Shown here: positions 39,173-48,092 of the stretch, piece after piece
Numbering within the stretch: the first letter of the stretch is position 1
Layout: each line of letters opens with the position of its first letter
Origin: Bacilli bacterium
Lineage (GTDB): Bacteria; Bacillota_I; Bacilli_A; RFN20; CAG-631
Assembly (NCBI GenBank): GCA_900754115.1
Contig: CAAEBM010000056.1
Coordinates: 2,936-66,935 of the forward strand
Reading direction: 5' to 3'
DNA length: 64,000 nt
Notes under the pieces: generated by a model
Databases searched by the model: none
Told to the model about the DNA's origin: nothing
The model's input: the letters and a program-made list of their open reading frames with translations, nothing else
Position numbers and translations under genes: made by a program

Positions 39173-40061
39173 AGTAAGGGATTTTAAAATAGTCTAAATA
39201 TTTTTTAAATTTATCTTGTGCAGTTAAACAAGTGTCACGTAAGTAACCCCGTTGTGTATTCCATTCCTTCAATCCTCGATAATAATATAACTTTAATTTT
39301 TCATCGATAATAAAGGGAACGATATTGTATTTTAAACAATCTTTAAATAATAGCAATCTTCCAATCCGACCATTGCCATCTTGAAAAGGATGAATATATT
39401 CAAATTGATAATGAAAATCTAATAAATCATCCAAAGTTTTTTGCTCTTTTTGATTATAAGAAAGAAGTAATTTTTTCATTTTGTCGGCTACTTCTTCAGG
39501 AAGAGCAGTTTCCATATCTCCTACGGTGTTAGGTAATTTTTTATAATCCCCTACTGCAAACCATTCTTGTCGTGCATCGGTAGTTCCATTTTTTAAAGTG
39601 CGATGTAATTCTTTAATTAAAGATTCACTCATCGTTTTTTTAGCATACTCAATGACAAGATCAATACATTTAAAATGATTTGCTGTTTCTACAAGATCAT
39701 CTATTTTGATTGACCCTTGCTCCATTCCAATCGTGTTCGTTTCAAAAATATATCGCGTTTGATCATGAGTGAGACGACTACCTTCTATATGATTCGAATT
39801 GTAAGTCAATTCGACTTGAATTTTGTGATAAATTCCTCCAGAAAGTTTTGCTTTTTTTTCAGCTATTAAGACTTCTAATAAATTGGTAGGTAAAAAAACT
39901 TTTTTGTTAATTCGATTTGGTTTTATAGCATCTTCTGGAATATTCCATGTCTTACCAGTTAAAAATGCTCCTTGAATTCTTCCTTGTGCACAATAGTTAC
40001 GCACACTGCGTTCAGAAACATTCCATTTTTTTGCGATTTCAGTTACAGATAGATATTTCAT
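39171..40061 (-). CDS. fic: Fic-family protein (class II, autoinhibited) with an N-terminal HTH
   Basis: Fic motif HPFQDGNGRIGR, inhibitory-helix motif SNHIEG ([ST]xxxE[GN]) upstream of it, and N-terminal LSVTEIAKKWNVSERSVRNYC HTH. ATG 40061 has GAGGT 8 nt upstream; the alternative start is 40076. Confidence 0.88.
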   Translation of the reverse strand: MKYLSVTEIAKKWNVSERSVRNYCAQGRIQGAFLTGKTWNIPEDAIKPNRINKKVFLPTNLLEVLIAEKKAKLSGGIYHKIQVELTYNSNHIEGSRLTHDQTRYIFETNTIGMEQGSIKIDDLVETANHFKCIDLVIEYAKKTMSESLIKELHRTLKNGTTDARQEWFAVGDYKKLPNTVGDMETALPEEVADKMKKLLLSYNQKEQKTLDDLLDFHYQFEYIHPFQDGNGRIGRLLLFKDCLKYNIVPFIIDEKLKLYYYRGLKEWNTQRGYLRDTCLTAQDKFKKYLDYFKIPY

Positions 40062-40090
40062 AGTACATAACCTCATTCCTATTATAGTCT

Positions 40091-40149
40091 ATTATCGGCA
40101 AAAAAACAACTATAATAACTATAAAAAAATATTGTTTGTTGCCGATAAT
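40091..40149. promoter_or_regulatory. long inverted repeat bracketing the fic -10 region (candidate operator)
   Basis: ATTATCGGCAAAAAAACAA...TTGTTTGTTGCCGATAAT. The core 11-bp arms ATTATCGGCAA/TTGCCGATAAT are perfect. The 22-nt centre contains TATAAT-like hexamers and lies 30-90 nt upstream of the fic start. Confidence 0.45.
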
Positions 40150-40159
40150 GGCAAAAAAT

Positions 40160-40244
40160 AAAGTAGTCTTTTTACAACAAAGACTACTTTTTAGTTAAAA
40201 GAGAGTAAAAACTAATTACTCTCTTTTAATGAGCAAAGCTCATT
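40160..40244 (-). terminator. three tandem hairpins downstream of the protease gene
   Basis: AAAGTAGTCTTT/AAAGACTACTTT (12 bp), GAGAGTAA/TTACTCTC (8 bp) and AATGAGC/GCTCATT (7 bp). The first two have T-runs on the minus-strand transcript. Confidence 0.6.
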
Positions 40245-40308
40245 TTGTGTTAAAGTGCAATATAAATGACTATGTAGCAAAACTTTTTTTAAAGCAATTC
40301 AATCAATT

Positions 40309-41736
40309 TTAATTGACGCCAGGACGTGAAAGATAACCACATTCAGTACAACTTCTAAATGTCACTGGGCCAATAAAAGTATGAGCTTCATTTTCAATTG
40401 TGGCTCCACAATCTTTACAAACTTTCGTATGTGTAGATGAAGTGAGATTCGTATATTCCCAATCATGATAATGATAGGTATATTCACCGCAAGGACACAT
40501 ATACGTAATGACTTCAGGTTCCACATAATAGTAATTTTCACTATGCTGATGATTACTTGTATATTTAACAGCGAAAAGACTTTCAACAGTATAATTCTTA
40601 ATAATAACATCAGTTAAATCTAAAGTTTTTTCACCAAAATGAACACGATAAGCATTGCCATTGTCTGTATATCCATAAGCTGTGACAGCATGTCTAATAC
40701 TCTCATTTGGAAGAACATCTGAGTCCATTCCGCTAATTCCTAAAATGACAACAAAATTTTGATATAAATATGTTATTATTTGTAATTTTAGCGCACTAGA
40801 CATTGAACTTTCACTGACATAAGTGAAAGAAGGTGCATATTCTTCTGAATATTCTTTATGAATATTTTTTAATTGTGACATGGATATAGCAGATGAATAT
40901 CCTAACTGAGAACCAATGGAAAGTAATTTATAATGGAAATCATAATTACTACCCGCAGATTCGGTCCACTCAGAAGGAATTTCCGAATAAACTTGTTCTT
41001 TTTCTATGTATTCATCAGGAATTAGTCCACCTTGTCCACCAAAATTGTTGAAATAACCTAAAGTAATTTGTAATGCAATATAACCACAACTTCCTAAATA
41101 ATTTTCACAATAATTTTCATGTAAATTTGTAAAATAATAAGAATAAGGAAGACTATAAGTACCTGGAAGAGTCACATAAGCATTTGCATCATCTATTGAG
41201 TTCACAAAAGAATCGTTTTCTGCTTGTTCTTTATTGCTTTGAATAGTTTCATAAACTATTGAAAGATTGTTTTGCTCAATAGCAGTTAAGGTTTTATCAC
41301 TGGCAATATCTTTAAGTTGTCCATTACTCACATGGCAATAATTTCCAGGACCTACATATACTTTTATTTCATTTTGGTGTTTTAAGTAAGGTGATAAAGA
41401 AGTCTCAGAATATTCTTGATAATCCTGCGTCTCTATATCGTATATCATATATCCAAAATCTTCAAACGTGACTAGGTAATACATTAATTCAAATTGAATA
41501 TCGTAAAGATTCTCTATTTTTTCAATCACTTTATTTGGCATAAGATCATTTACGATTTGCTCGATTTTTAAATCATGAATATTTGTTGATTGAATTTTCT
41601 TAGTTAAAAAATTTGTTTGTCTAGCATCATTTAAAACGTGCTTGCTTTTTTCTGGCACGACAGAATTTTTATCATTGTTTCCTAAATGAATAGAAAACAA
41701 CGTCAAAATGGCACATAAAATAGTCGTAGATTTCAT
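40309..41736 (-). CDS. secreted papain-fold cysteine peptidase-like protein with a Cys/His-rich C-terminal tail
   Basis: 475 aa with a signal peptide. Candidate catalytic Cys in LGSCGYIALQ and His in RHAVTAYGY. The C-terminal ~70 aa carry CPCG, HYH, CKDCG and CTECG motifs (zinc-ribbon-like). Confidence 0.55.
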   Translation of the reverse strand: MKSTTILCAILTLFSIHLGNNDKNSVVPEKSKHVLNDARQTNFLTKKIQSTNIHDLKIEQIVNDLMPNKVIEKIENLYDIQFELMYYLVTFEDFGYMIYDIETQDYQEYSETSLSPYLKHQNEIKVYVGPGNYCHVSNGQLKDIASDKTLTAIEQNNLSIVYETIQSNKEQAENDSFVNSIDDANAYVTLPGTYSLPYSYYFTNLHENYCENYLGSCGYIALQITLGYFNNFGGQGGLIPDEYIEKEQVYSEIPSEWTESAGSNYDFHYKLLSIGSQLGYSSAISMSQLKNIHKEYSEEYAPSFTYVSESSMSSALKLQIITYLYQNFVVILGISGMDSDVLPNESIRHAVTAYGYTDNGNAYRVHFGEKTLDLTDVIIKNYTVESLFAVKYTSNHQHSENYYYVEPEVITYMCPCGEYTYHYHDWEYTNLTSSTHTKVCKDCGATIENEAHTFIGPVTFRSCTECGYLSRPGVN

Positions 41737-41756
41737 TGAAATACTCCTTTATGAAA

Positions 41757-42572
41757 TTATATTAATGTTTTTACTATAATTTTGTTTTGATTAAAATCAT
41801 ATTTAGCGATATAAGTTAGTTCTTCAAATCTTAGTTCATGTTCTAAATAATACTCATGTGAATAAGTATCAAATTTGAGTTGTGAAAAGATTCCTGTATC
41901 CTTTCCATTTAAAAATTCAGTTGCTAAAGTGCTTCCAATTTTTTCTTCAAAAGATGTGATTAATTCTTGAGATGTATAAGGCAAATTACTTTCAAGTCGA
42001 TAGCGACAAAAATCGTCGTTTTTTGTTAACAAGTATAAATATTCTTTCTCATCTTTTTCATAAAGAATAACGCTTGCAAAAGACTCATCGAAATTTGTGA
42101 CTGGTGTGTAAACGACTTGCATATGTTCAACGAATTCAACACTTTCTAAAGTTTGAAGGTTGTTTTCATTTATAATATTTGCCTTTTCTAAATTTGGTAT
42201 TGCGGTTTCACTGAGAAAAAATGAACAAACAGGAATAACATTTGTTTTGATGTCAAAAATAATGTTTTTCTTTCCATCTAATCCAACATAAGTATATTCC
42301 TTTGTTATGTCTTGTGCTTGTTTATTAACTGTTAAACCATAAACAATTCCACCACCTACAAAAATACCCATCATTAAAGATACCATAAAATAGGCTGATT
42401 TTGCAAAAATTAATTTAAAACTCTTATTTGTTGTTGTGGCAACTGGTTTGACATTGCTGTCATCCATACTAAAGGTCAATTTAGATTTTATCATTTCACT
42501 ATTAACGATGGGTGTTTCGCCCTTACAAATTCGAGATTCTAAATCGTGTTTAAATTCTAATTTAAAATTCAT
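41757..42572 (-). CDS. single-pass membrane protein (putative anti-sigma factor by position)
   Basis: 271 aa. ~55-aa cytoplasmic N-terminus, one TM helix (AYFMVSLMMGIFVGGGIVYGLTV) and a ~185-aa external domain. It lies directly downstream of the sigma factor gene. No HxxxCxxC motif is present. Confidence 0.45.
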   Translation of the reverse strand: MNFKLEFKHDLESRICKGETPIVNSEMIKSKLTFSMDDSNVKPVATTTNKSFKLIFAKSAYFMVSLMMGIFVGGGIVYGLTVNKQAQDITKEYTYVGLDGKKNIIFDIKTNVIPVCSFFLSETAIPNLEKANIINENNLQTLESVEFVEHMQVVYTPVTNFDESFASVILYEKDEKEYLYLLTKNDDFCRYRLESNLPYTSQELITSFEEKIGSTLATEFLNGKDTGIFSQLKFDTYSHEYYLEHELRFEELTYIAKYDFNQNKIIVKTLI

Positions 42573-42618
42573 TGTTTAATTCCTCCTTTGTTTGTTAAAA
42601 GTTACTTTTTTTGCTTTT

Positions 42619-43155
42619 TTATTTTTGTTCATTTAATTCTTCTTCGCGCTTTTTTTCCTTATAAAGTGTTCTTACTTTTTTAAGAACTCGATAATATTTT
42701 GCTACAACTCTATCAAAACTAGTATTTAGTAATGTTGCAATTTCTTTGAAACTAATTCCGTAAACTAGATGATAAATGACGATTAAATTGTCTTCTGCTG
42801 AAAATAACTTCGGTAAATCAAAATTAAATTGTGATTCATAATTGTCAGAGACATATTTTTCGATATCACACTCTTCTAATGGAACAAATCTTGCGAATTT
42901 CTTAGCTACGGTAAAAGCCGTATTTTTAGCAATTTTGATGATCCACGAATGAAAATTCTTAGCGCTTCTTAGTGATGGTGATTCAACAAACACCTTGATA
43001 AACACATCTTGCAAAACATCTTTAGCTATTTCATGATTTTTCACGATTGAATAAATCAGAAAATACAACAATTTTTCGTATGCATCATAAACTTGATTGA
43101 ATGCAGACTCATAACCTCTTTTTAACAACTCAACTGTTTCTAAACTTACTTTCAT
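42619..43155 (-). CDS. sigma-70 family (ECF-like) RNA polymerase sigma factor
   Basis: 178 aa from ATG 43155, with GGAGGGAGG RBS. Region 2 (LLYFLIYSIVKNHEIAKDVLQDVFIKVF...FHSWIIKIAKN) and region 4 HTH (ISFKEIATLLNTSFDRVVAKYYRVLKKV). Confidence 0.85.
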   Translation of the reverse strand: MKVSLETVELLKRGYESAFNQVYDAYEKLLYFLIYSIVKNHEIAKDVLQDVFIKVFVESPSLRSAKNFHSWIIKIAKNTAFTVAKKFARFVPLEECDIEKYVSDNYESQFNFDLPKLFSAEDNLIVIYHLVYGISFKEIATLLNTSFDRVVAKYYRVLKKVRTLYKEKKREEELNEQK

Positions 43156-43341
43156 TTTAAATTTCCTCCCTCCTAACATTAAATGCTTTCATTAATATAG
43201 ACTATCTTACATGCCATTTTTTGACAAATTTTTTAAAAATATTCATCTTTTTTAAAAAAAGCAAAAAAGCACTTTAACATTTACCACTATAAAACGAACG
43301 TGATAAAATATAAAGTGCATGTTTGATAGTTTTTTTTTTAA

Positions 43342-45255
43342 CTATTTACTACTTTTTATCATTAATTCACACATTTTGTTAGAAAAGGCAACGGGATCTT
43401 TTAGTGGGAAACCTTCCATTAGAAGAGCTTGATTATATAGTAATTGTGCGTAATCGTTTAATAATTGAGCATCTGTAGCATATATTCGTTCCATCGCTTT
43501 AAATAATTCATGATTTGGATTCAATTCTAAAACTTTTTGTGCTTTTGCTTTGTTTTCAGTTGGTAAAGAAGCTAAAACTTTTTCCATCTCTAAGGATACT
43601 CCATCTTTACTTACTAAACAAACTGGAGAATCACTTAAACGAGAGGAAATAACTACATCACTGACATCATCCTTTAATATTTCTTTTAGTTTTTCAATGA
43701 ATGGTTTTTTGAGGTCTTTTAACTTTTCTACTTCTTCTTTTTGTTTATCATCTAAGATGTTTAAATCCCCTTGATTAATGGATTTAAAAGTTTTCTTATC
43801 ATAAGTTTGAATCATGTTAATGACAAACTCATCAATTTGATCATCTAAGATTAAAACATCATAATCATGTTTTTTAATTAAATCCATTTGAGGCATTGCT
43901 AGTACTGCATTTTTATCTTTAGCAGAAGCAAAATAAATGAATTCTTGTCCATCTTTCATGGATTCAACATAGGTTTTTAAAGGAATGGGTTTTTCTTGAT
44001 GAATGGTTTTATAGACTAATAAATCTTGCAACTTTTCTTTATCAGCGCCATAACTATTATATATTCCATATTTAAAGTTCACGCCATATTGATTAAAGAA
44101 GTCTAAATATTTATCATAATCATCTTTTTGTAATTTGGTTAACTCATTTAATACTTTCTTTTCAATGTTTGCTGCGATTTTAGTGAGTTGTCTATTTTGT
44201 TGTAAAATTTCACGACTGATATTTAAAGATAAATCACTAGAGTCAACAAGTCCTTTTACAAACCGTAAATAGTCAGGAATTAATTCTTTACATTTATCCA
44301 TGATGAAGACACCTTTGGTGTATAATTTTAATCCTTTTTCATAATTTTCGGTATATAAATCATAAGGTGCTTTTTTAGGAATAAATAATAAAGCGTTATA
44401 GGTTAACATACCTTCAGCATTGACAAACATGGATAACATCGGATCGTTGTAATCGGAAAACTTTTGTTTATAAAATTCATTTAAATCTTTTTCGGTGACA
44501 TCATTTTTGGACTTTTTCCAAATGGGGACCATAGAATTTAAAGTAATGGTTTCTAAAACCGTCTTATATTTGTTTTCGATTTCTTTTCCATCTTTATCGA
44601 CTTCTGGAACGCTTTTTTCTACTTCCATGGTAATCGGATAACGAACATAGTCACTATATTTTTTAACTAAAGATTGAATGTGATAATCATCTAAGAAAGC
44701 ATCATAATCTTCTTCCTCGGTACTTTTCCGTAAATAGATTTTAATTAGCGTACCGACCTGATCCTTTTCAATTTCTTCAATTTCATATTTTTCTGTTCCC
44801 TTTGAGGTAAAACGATATCCTTTTTCACTTAAAGGTGATTTAGTTTCAACGACAACTTTATCACTCACCATAAAAGCGCTATAGAATCCTACCCCAAATT
44901 GTCCAATAATATCAATATCTTTTGCTTGATCTTCTTTTAGATTGTTTAAAAATTCTAAAGAACCACTTTTAGCAATCGTTCCTAAATTGTTAATAACTTC
45001 ATCATACGTCATTCCAATTCCATTATCTTCAATGGATAATATTCGATGTTCTTTATCTACAGATAAATGAATATGATAGGCATCCTGCGAAGGAATGTTT
45101 GAATTGGTAAGAGATAAATAATGATATTTATCAATTGCATCGGATGCATTAGAAATCAATTCTCTTAAAAAGATTTCTTTATTGGTATAAATGGAATTAA
45201 TCATAAGGTCTAATAGACGTTTTGATTCAGTTTTAAATTTTTTTACTTCACTCAT
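43342..45255 (-). CDS. htpG: molecular chaperone HtpG (Hsp90)
   Basis: RELISNASDAIDK, GQFGVGFYSAF and a full-length ~637-aa Hsp90 architecture. AGGAGAGG RBS before ATG 45255. Confidence 0.95.
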   Translation of the reverse strand: MSEVKKFKTESKRLLDLMINSIYTNKEIFLRELISNASDAIDKYHYLSLTNSNIPSQDAYHIHLSVDKEHRILSIEDNGIGMTYDEVINNLGTIAKSGSLEFLNNLKEDQAKDIDIIGQFGVGFYSAFMVSDKVVVETKSPLSEKGYRFTSKGTEKYEIEEIEKDQVGTLIKIYLRKSTEEEDYDAFLDDYHIQSLVKKYSDYVRYPITMEVEKSVPEVDKDGKEIENKYKTVLETITLNSMVPIWKKSKNDVTEKDLNEFYKQKFSDYNDPMLSMFVNAEGMLTYNALLFIPKKAPYDLYTENYEKGLKLYTKGVFIMDKCKELIPDYLRFVKGLVDSSDLSLNISREILQQNRQLTKIAANIEKKVLNELTKLQKDDYDKYLDFFNQYGVNFKYGIYNSYGADKEKLQDLLVYKTIHQEKPIPLKTYVESMKDGQEFIYFASAKDKNAVLAMPQMDLIKKHDYDVLILDDQIDEFVINMIQTYDKKTFKSINQGDLNILDDKQKEEVEKLKDLKKPFIEKLKEILKDDVSDVVISSRLSDSPVCLVSKDGVSLEMEKVLASLPTENKAKAQKVLELNPNHELFKAMERIYATDAQLLNDYAQLLYNQALLMEGFPLKDPVAFSNKMCELMIKSSK

Positions 45256-45296
45256 AATATCCTCTCCTTTTTTCATATTTTATTATATCCCATTTT

Positions 45297-45323
45297 TTAG
45301 CACTGTCAATATATGAGTGCTAA
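45297..45323. promoter_or_regulatory. CIRCE element (HrcA operator) overlapping the htpG promoter
   Basis: TTAGCACTG-N9-GAGTGCTAA against the consensus TTAGCACTC-N9-GAGTGCTAA (one mismatch). On the minus strand, TTGACA (spanning the junction of the N9 spacer and one repeat arm), 16 nt and TATAAT precede the htpG RBS. Confidence 0.8.
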
Positions 45324-45380
45324 AAATTAAAAATCTTTTATCTTTTCTATCTTTTTGTTACAATAAAAATGGTGAGAAGT

Positions 45381-46070
45381 ATGGGAAATGTAATTCGTTT
45401 GCATGATTTTAATCTTTATTATAAAAAAGAAGGAAATGGAGATCCTGTAATTTTATTACATGGAAATCAAGAAAGTTTAAAAATTTTTGATAAGACGATA
45501 AAACGTTTATCAAAAAGATTTACTGTTTATGCTTTAGATAGTCGGGGTCATGGAAAAAGTGATGGCTTTAATGAGTCGTTTTCTTATCAACAAATGGCTG
45601 AGGATGTCAAAGAATTTATGGATTTAAAAAAAATAAAACAGGCGGCAATTTATGGATTTAGTGATGGTGGAATCGTCGCTATTTATTTTACTTTGGCTTA
45701 TCCTGAACGCGTCAAAACTTTAATGTTTAGTGGCGTTAATATTTTTCCAAAAGGCTTAAAATGGCGCTATCGTCTTTCTTATCAAATTAAAAGAAATCAA
45801 GCTACAGATTATAAGCAAAAAATGCTATATGATTTAATGCTTACGCAACCCAATTTAACATTTGAGGATTTAAAAGCCATTCAAGTTCCAACTTTAATGA
45901 CAGTGGCTAAACGAGATGTTGTCAAAAAGAGTCATACAAAAGCGATTCACCAAGCTATACAACATTCGCAATTAATATTAATAAAGAATGCCAATCATGA
46001 AAATTATGTTTGTAATTCTGAAATGATTGGTCGACTTTTGTTTCAATTTTTAACGACAACTGTTCAATAA
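45381..46070 (+). CDS. alpha/beta-fold hydrolase
   Basis: HG oxyanion motif (ILLHGN), nucleophile elbow GFSDGG and a C-terminal His (NANHE). GGTGAG RBS before ATG 45381. Confidence 0.8.
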   Translation: MGNVIRLHDFNLYYKKEGNGDPVILLHGNQESLKIFDKTIKRLSKRFTVYALDSRGHGKSDGFNESFSYQQMAEDVKEFMDLKKIKQAAIYGFSDGGIVAIYFTLAYPERVKTLMFSGVNIFPKGLKWRYRLSYQIKRNQATDYKQKMLYDLMLTQPNLTFEDLKAIQVPTLMTVAKRDVVKKSHTKAIHQAIQHSQLILIKNANHENYVCNSEMIGRLLFQFLTTTVQ

Positions 46071-46136
46071 TATTAATCATGTCGGATAATGAATTATCCA
46101 AAAGTGACACTTATACTATACATAGAGGTGAATGGT

Positions 46137-46433
46137 TTGAAAAATATTATCGCCGAAAGAATTAAGTGTCTGAGAGAACAAAATCAACTGACTCAAGCTC
46201 AACTGGCAAGAAAATTACAGGTTTCACGGAATTGTGTAAATGCATGGGAGATGGGAATTTCCCTTCCAAGTACAAAAATGATGTTAGAACTATCGACCTG
46301 TTTACACACAAGTTTAGATTATCTCATGGGAAAAGATGATAAACAGAAAATTGATATTAGTATTTGTAATGAAACGGAAAAACAAGTTTTGTATCAATTA
46401 TTAGAAATATTTCAAAATAAAAAAGTAAAGTAA
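46137..46433 (+). CDS. XRE-family HTH transcriptional regulator
   Basis: IKCLREQNQLTQAQLARKLQVSRNCVNAWEMG is a canonical HTH_3. A TTG start at 46137 follows AGAGGTG. The track ORF starts at ATG 46089, so the start is uncertain. Confidence 0.75.
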   Translation: MKNIIAERIKCLREQNQLTQAQLARKLQVSRNCVNAWEMGISLPSTKMMLELSTCLHTSLDYLMGKDDKQKIDISICNETEKQVLYQLLEIFQNKKVK

Positions 46434-46481
46434 AATATAAGTAACATAGTAAAATATAAAATTCATCTATAATATAACGTA

Positions 46482-46508
46482 AAAAGTTTCAATAAAGAAA
46501 CTTTTTTT
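46482..46508 (+). terminator. Rho-independent terminator
   Basis: AAAAGTTTC-AATAAA-GAAACTTTT followed by TTT. Confidence 0.7.
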
Positions 46509-46582
46509 AATTAAACTTTCTATTATTTTCAGTAAACAGTATGCAAAAAAACATATCCAAGATAGTTAAGCATTGGATATTT

Positions 46583-46597
46583 AAAGTGGACCACTTT
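46583..46597. promoter_or_regulatory. perfect palindrome AAAGTGG-A-CCACTTT (candidate operator)
   Basis: 7-1-7 palindrome about 60 nt upstream of an extended -10 (TGATATAAT, about 46656-46664) that serves the AlbA_2/ATPase gene. It is relatively GC-rich within an AT-rich spacer. Confidence 0.3.
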
Positions 46598-46677
46598 ATT
46601 TTTGTAAAATTAAATGGTTTTTATACTATTAAGATTTAAAAATAATGGTCATAATGATATAATTTAATTGAAAATAG

Positions 46678-48045
46678 GTGATGAAATTGAAATATGAAGA
46701 AAGTAACATTATTGAATTCAAAGAAGTTTTAACTGATGACTTAAATTTTGAAAAAGAAGTAGTTGCTTTTTTAAATTATTCTGAAGGTGGAATCATCTAT
46801 ATTGGTATTGATAAAAATAAAAAAGTAGTAGGTGTTGATAACCCTGATACCATTCAACTAAAAATAAAAGATAGAATAAAAAACAATATAGCACCTTCAA
46901 CGATTGGACTATATGACGTTGTGTTAGAAGAAAAAGAAGGAAAACATATCATCAAAATAATGATTTCTACAGGGAATAAAAAGCCTTATTATATTAGAAA
47001 ATATGGAAGAAGTCCTGAAGGCTGTTTTTTAAGGATTGGAAGTGCTAAAAATAAAATGAGTGAAGAGATGATTGAAGATTTATTTATTTCTCACACTCAA
47101 GTTTCTTTAAAGGATATTCCATCACCAAAGCAAGATTTAACTTTTAGACAATTAAGAATTTTATATGATCAAAATCAAAAAGATTTAAGCGACACTAGTT
47201 TTTTAGCTAATCTAGGTTTATTAACAGAAGATAAAAAACTGAATTATGTTGCTTATTTAGTAGCAGATTCTAATTCAGTTCCTATCCCTGTAGCAAGATA
47301 TGCGGGGAATGATAGGATAGATTTACTTGAAGCAAAAGAATGTGGGTTTAAATCTTTATTAACTGCAACAATAGAAATTCTAAGTTTAATAGAAGCCTAT
47401 AATAAGCGTTATATGCATAAGACCAATTATGGTCATGAAACTGCTTATATGTATGAGTTTGATGCGATAAAAGAGGCATTTGTAAACGCTGTCGTTCATA
47501 ATGATTATACGATGAGTTCTACACCATGTGTAAACTTTTATAATGATAGAATGGAGATTATTTCAGCAGGTGGACTTCCTCAAGGGTTAAATAAAGAAGC
47601 TTTCTTTAAAGGCATTATTTCAAGAAGAAATCCTGAATTGGTTAAAATATTTCAAGATGTCAAACTAACTGAAAATTTGGGTTCGGGAATGAGAAAGATA
47701 TTAAGATATTATGATAAAAGTTGTTTTGAGTTTGTAGGTAAATATATTATTTGTACATTTAAATTTAAACCGAATCCTTTTGTTAATGAATTTAATTCTT
47801 CTGTATCAGAAATAAAAAATGTTACAGATGATGTTACAGTAAATGTTACAGATAAAATAACTATTGAGGATAAAATATTAAGAATAATAGAAAGTGATAA
47901 AAATGTAACTCAAGAAAAAATATCTAAAATTCTTGGTATTTCTAGAATGACAGTATATAGAATTATTAAAAAAAGTAATAAGATTAAAAGAGTTGGATCT
48001 GATAAAAATGGTCATTGGGAAATAATAGAAAATAAAAAAGATTAA
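46678..48045 (+). CDS. AlbA_2 (Schlafen-like) DNA-binding domain, HATPase_c_4-like and C-terminal wHTH protein
   Basis: About 455 aa. N-terminal ESNIIEFKEVL...VAFLNYSEGGIIYIGID (AlbA_2 pattern), central FVNAVVHNDY...GSGMRKI (ATPase-like) and C-terminal ILRIIESDKNVTQEKISKILGISRMTVYRIIKK. Start is ambiguous (GTG 46678, ATG 46681 or TTG 46687). Confidence 0.75.
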   Translation: MMKLKYEESNIIEFKEVLTDDLNFEKEVVAFLNYSEGGIIYIGIDKNKKVVGVDNPDTIQLKIKDRIKNNIAPSTIGLYDVVLEEKEGKHIIKIMISTGNKKPYYIRKYGRSPEGCFLRIGSAKNKMSEEMIEDLFISHTQVSLKDIPSPKQDLTFRQLRILYDQNQKDLSDTSFLANLGLLTEDKKLNYVAYLVADSNSVPIPVARYAGNDRIDLLEAKECGFKSLLTATIEILSLIEAYNKRYMHKTNYGHETAYMYEFDAIKEAFVNAVVHNDYTMSSTPCVNFYNDRMEIISAGGLPQGLNKEAFFKGIISRRNPELVKIFQDVKLTENLGSGMRKILRYYDKSCFEFVGKYIICTFKFKPNPFVNEFNSSVSEIKNVTDDVTVNVTDKITIEDKILRIIESDKNVTQEKISKILGISRMTVYRIIKKSNKIKRVGSDKNGHWEIIENKKD

Positions 48046-48055
48046 TTAAATTAAG

Positions 48056-48092
48056 AAAAACCACTTCATTCATTAAATTGAGTGGTTTTTAA
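48056..48092 (+). terminator. Rho-independent terminator
   Basis: AAAAACCACT-N15-AGTGGTTTTT. Confidence 0.7.
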
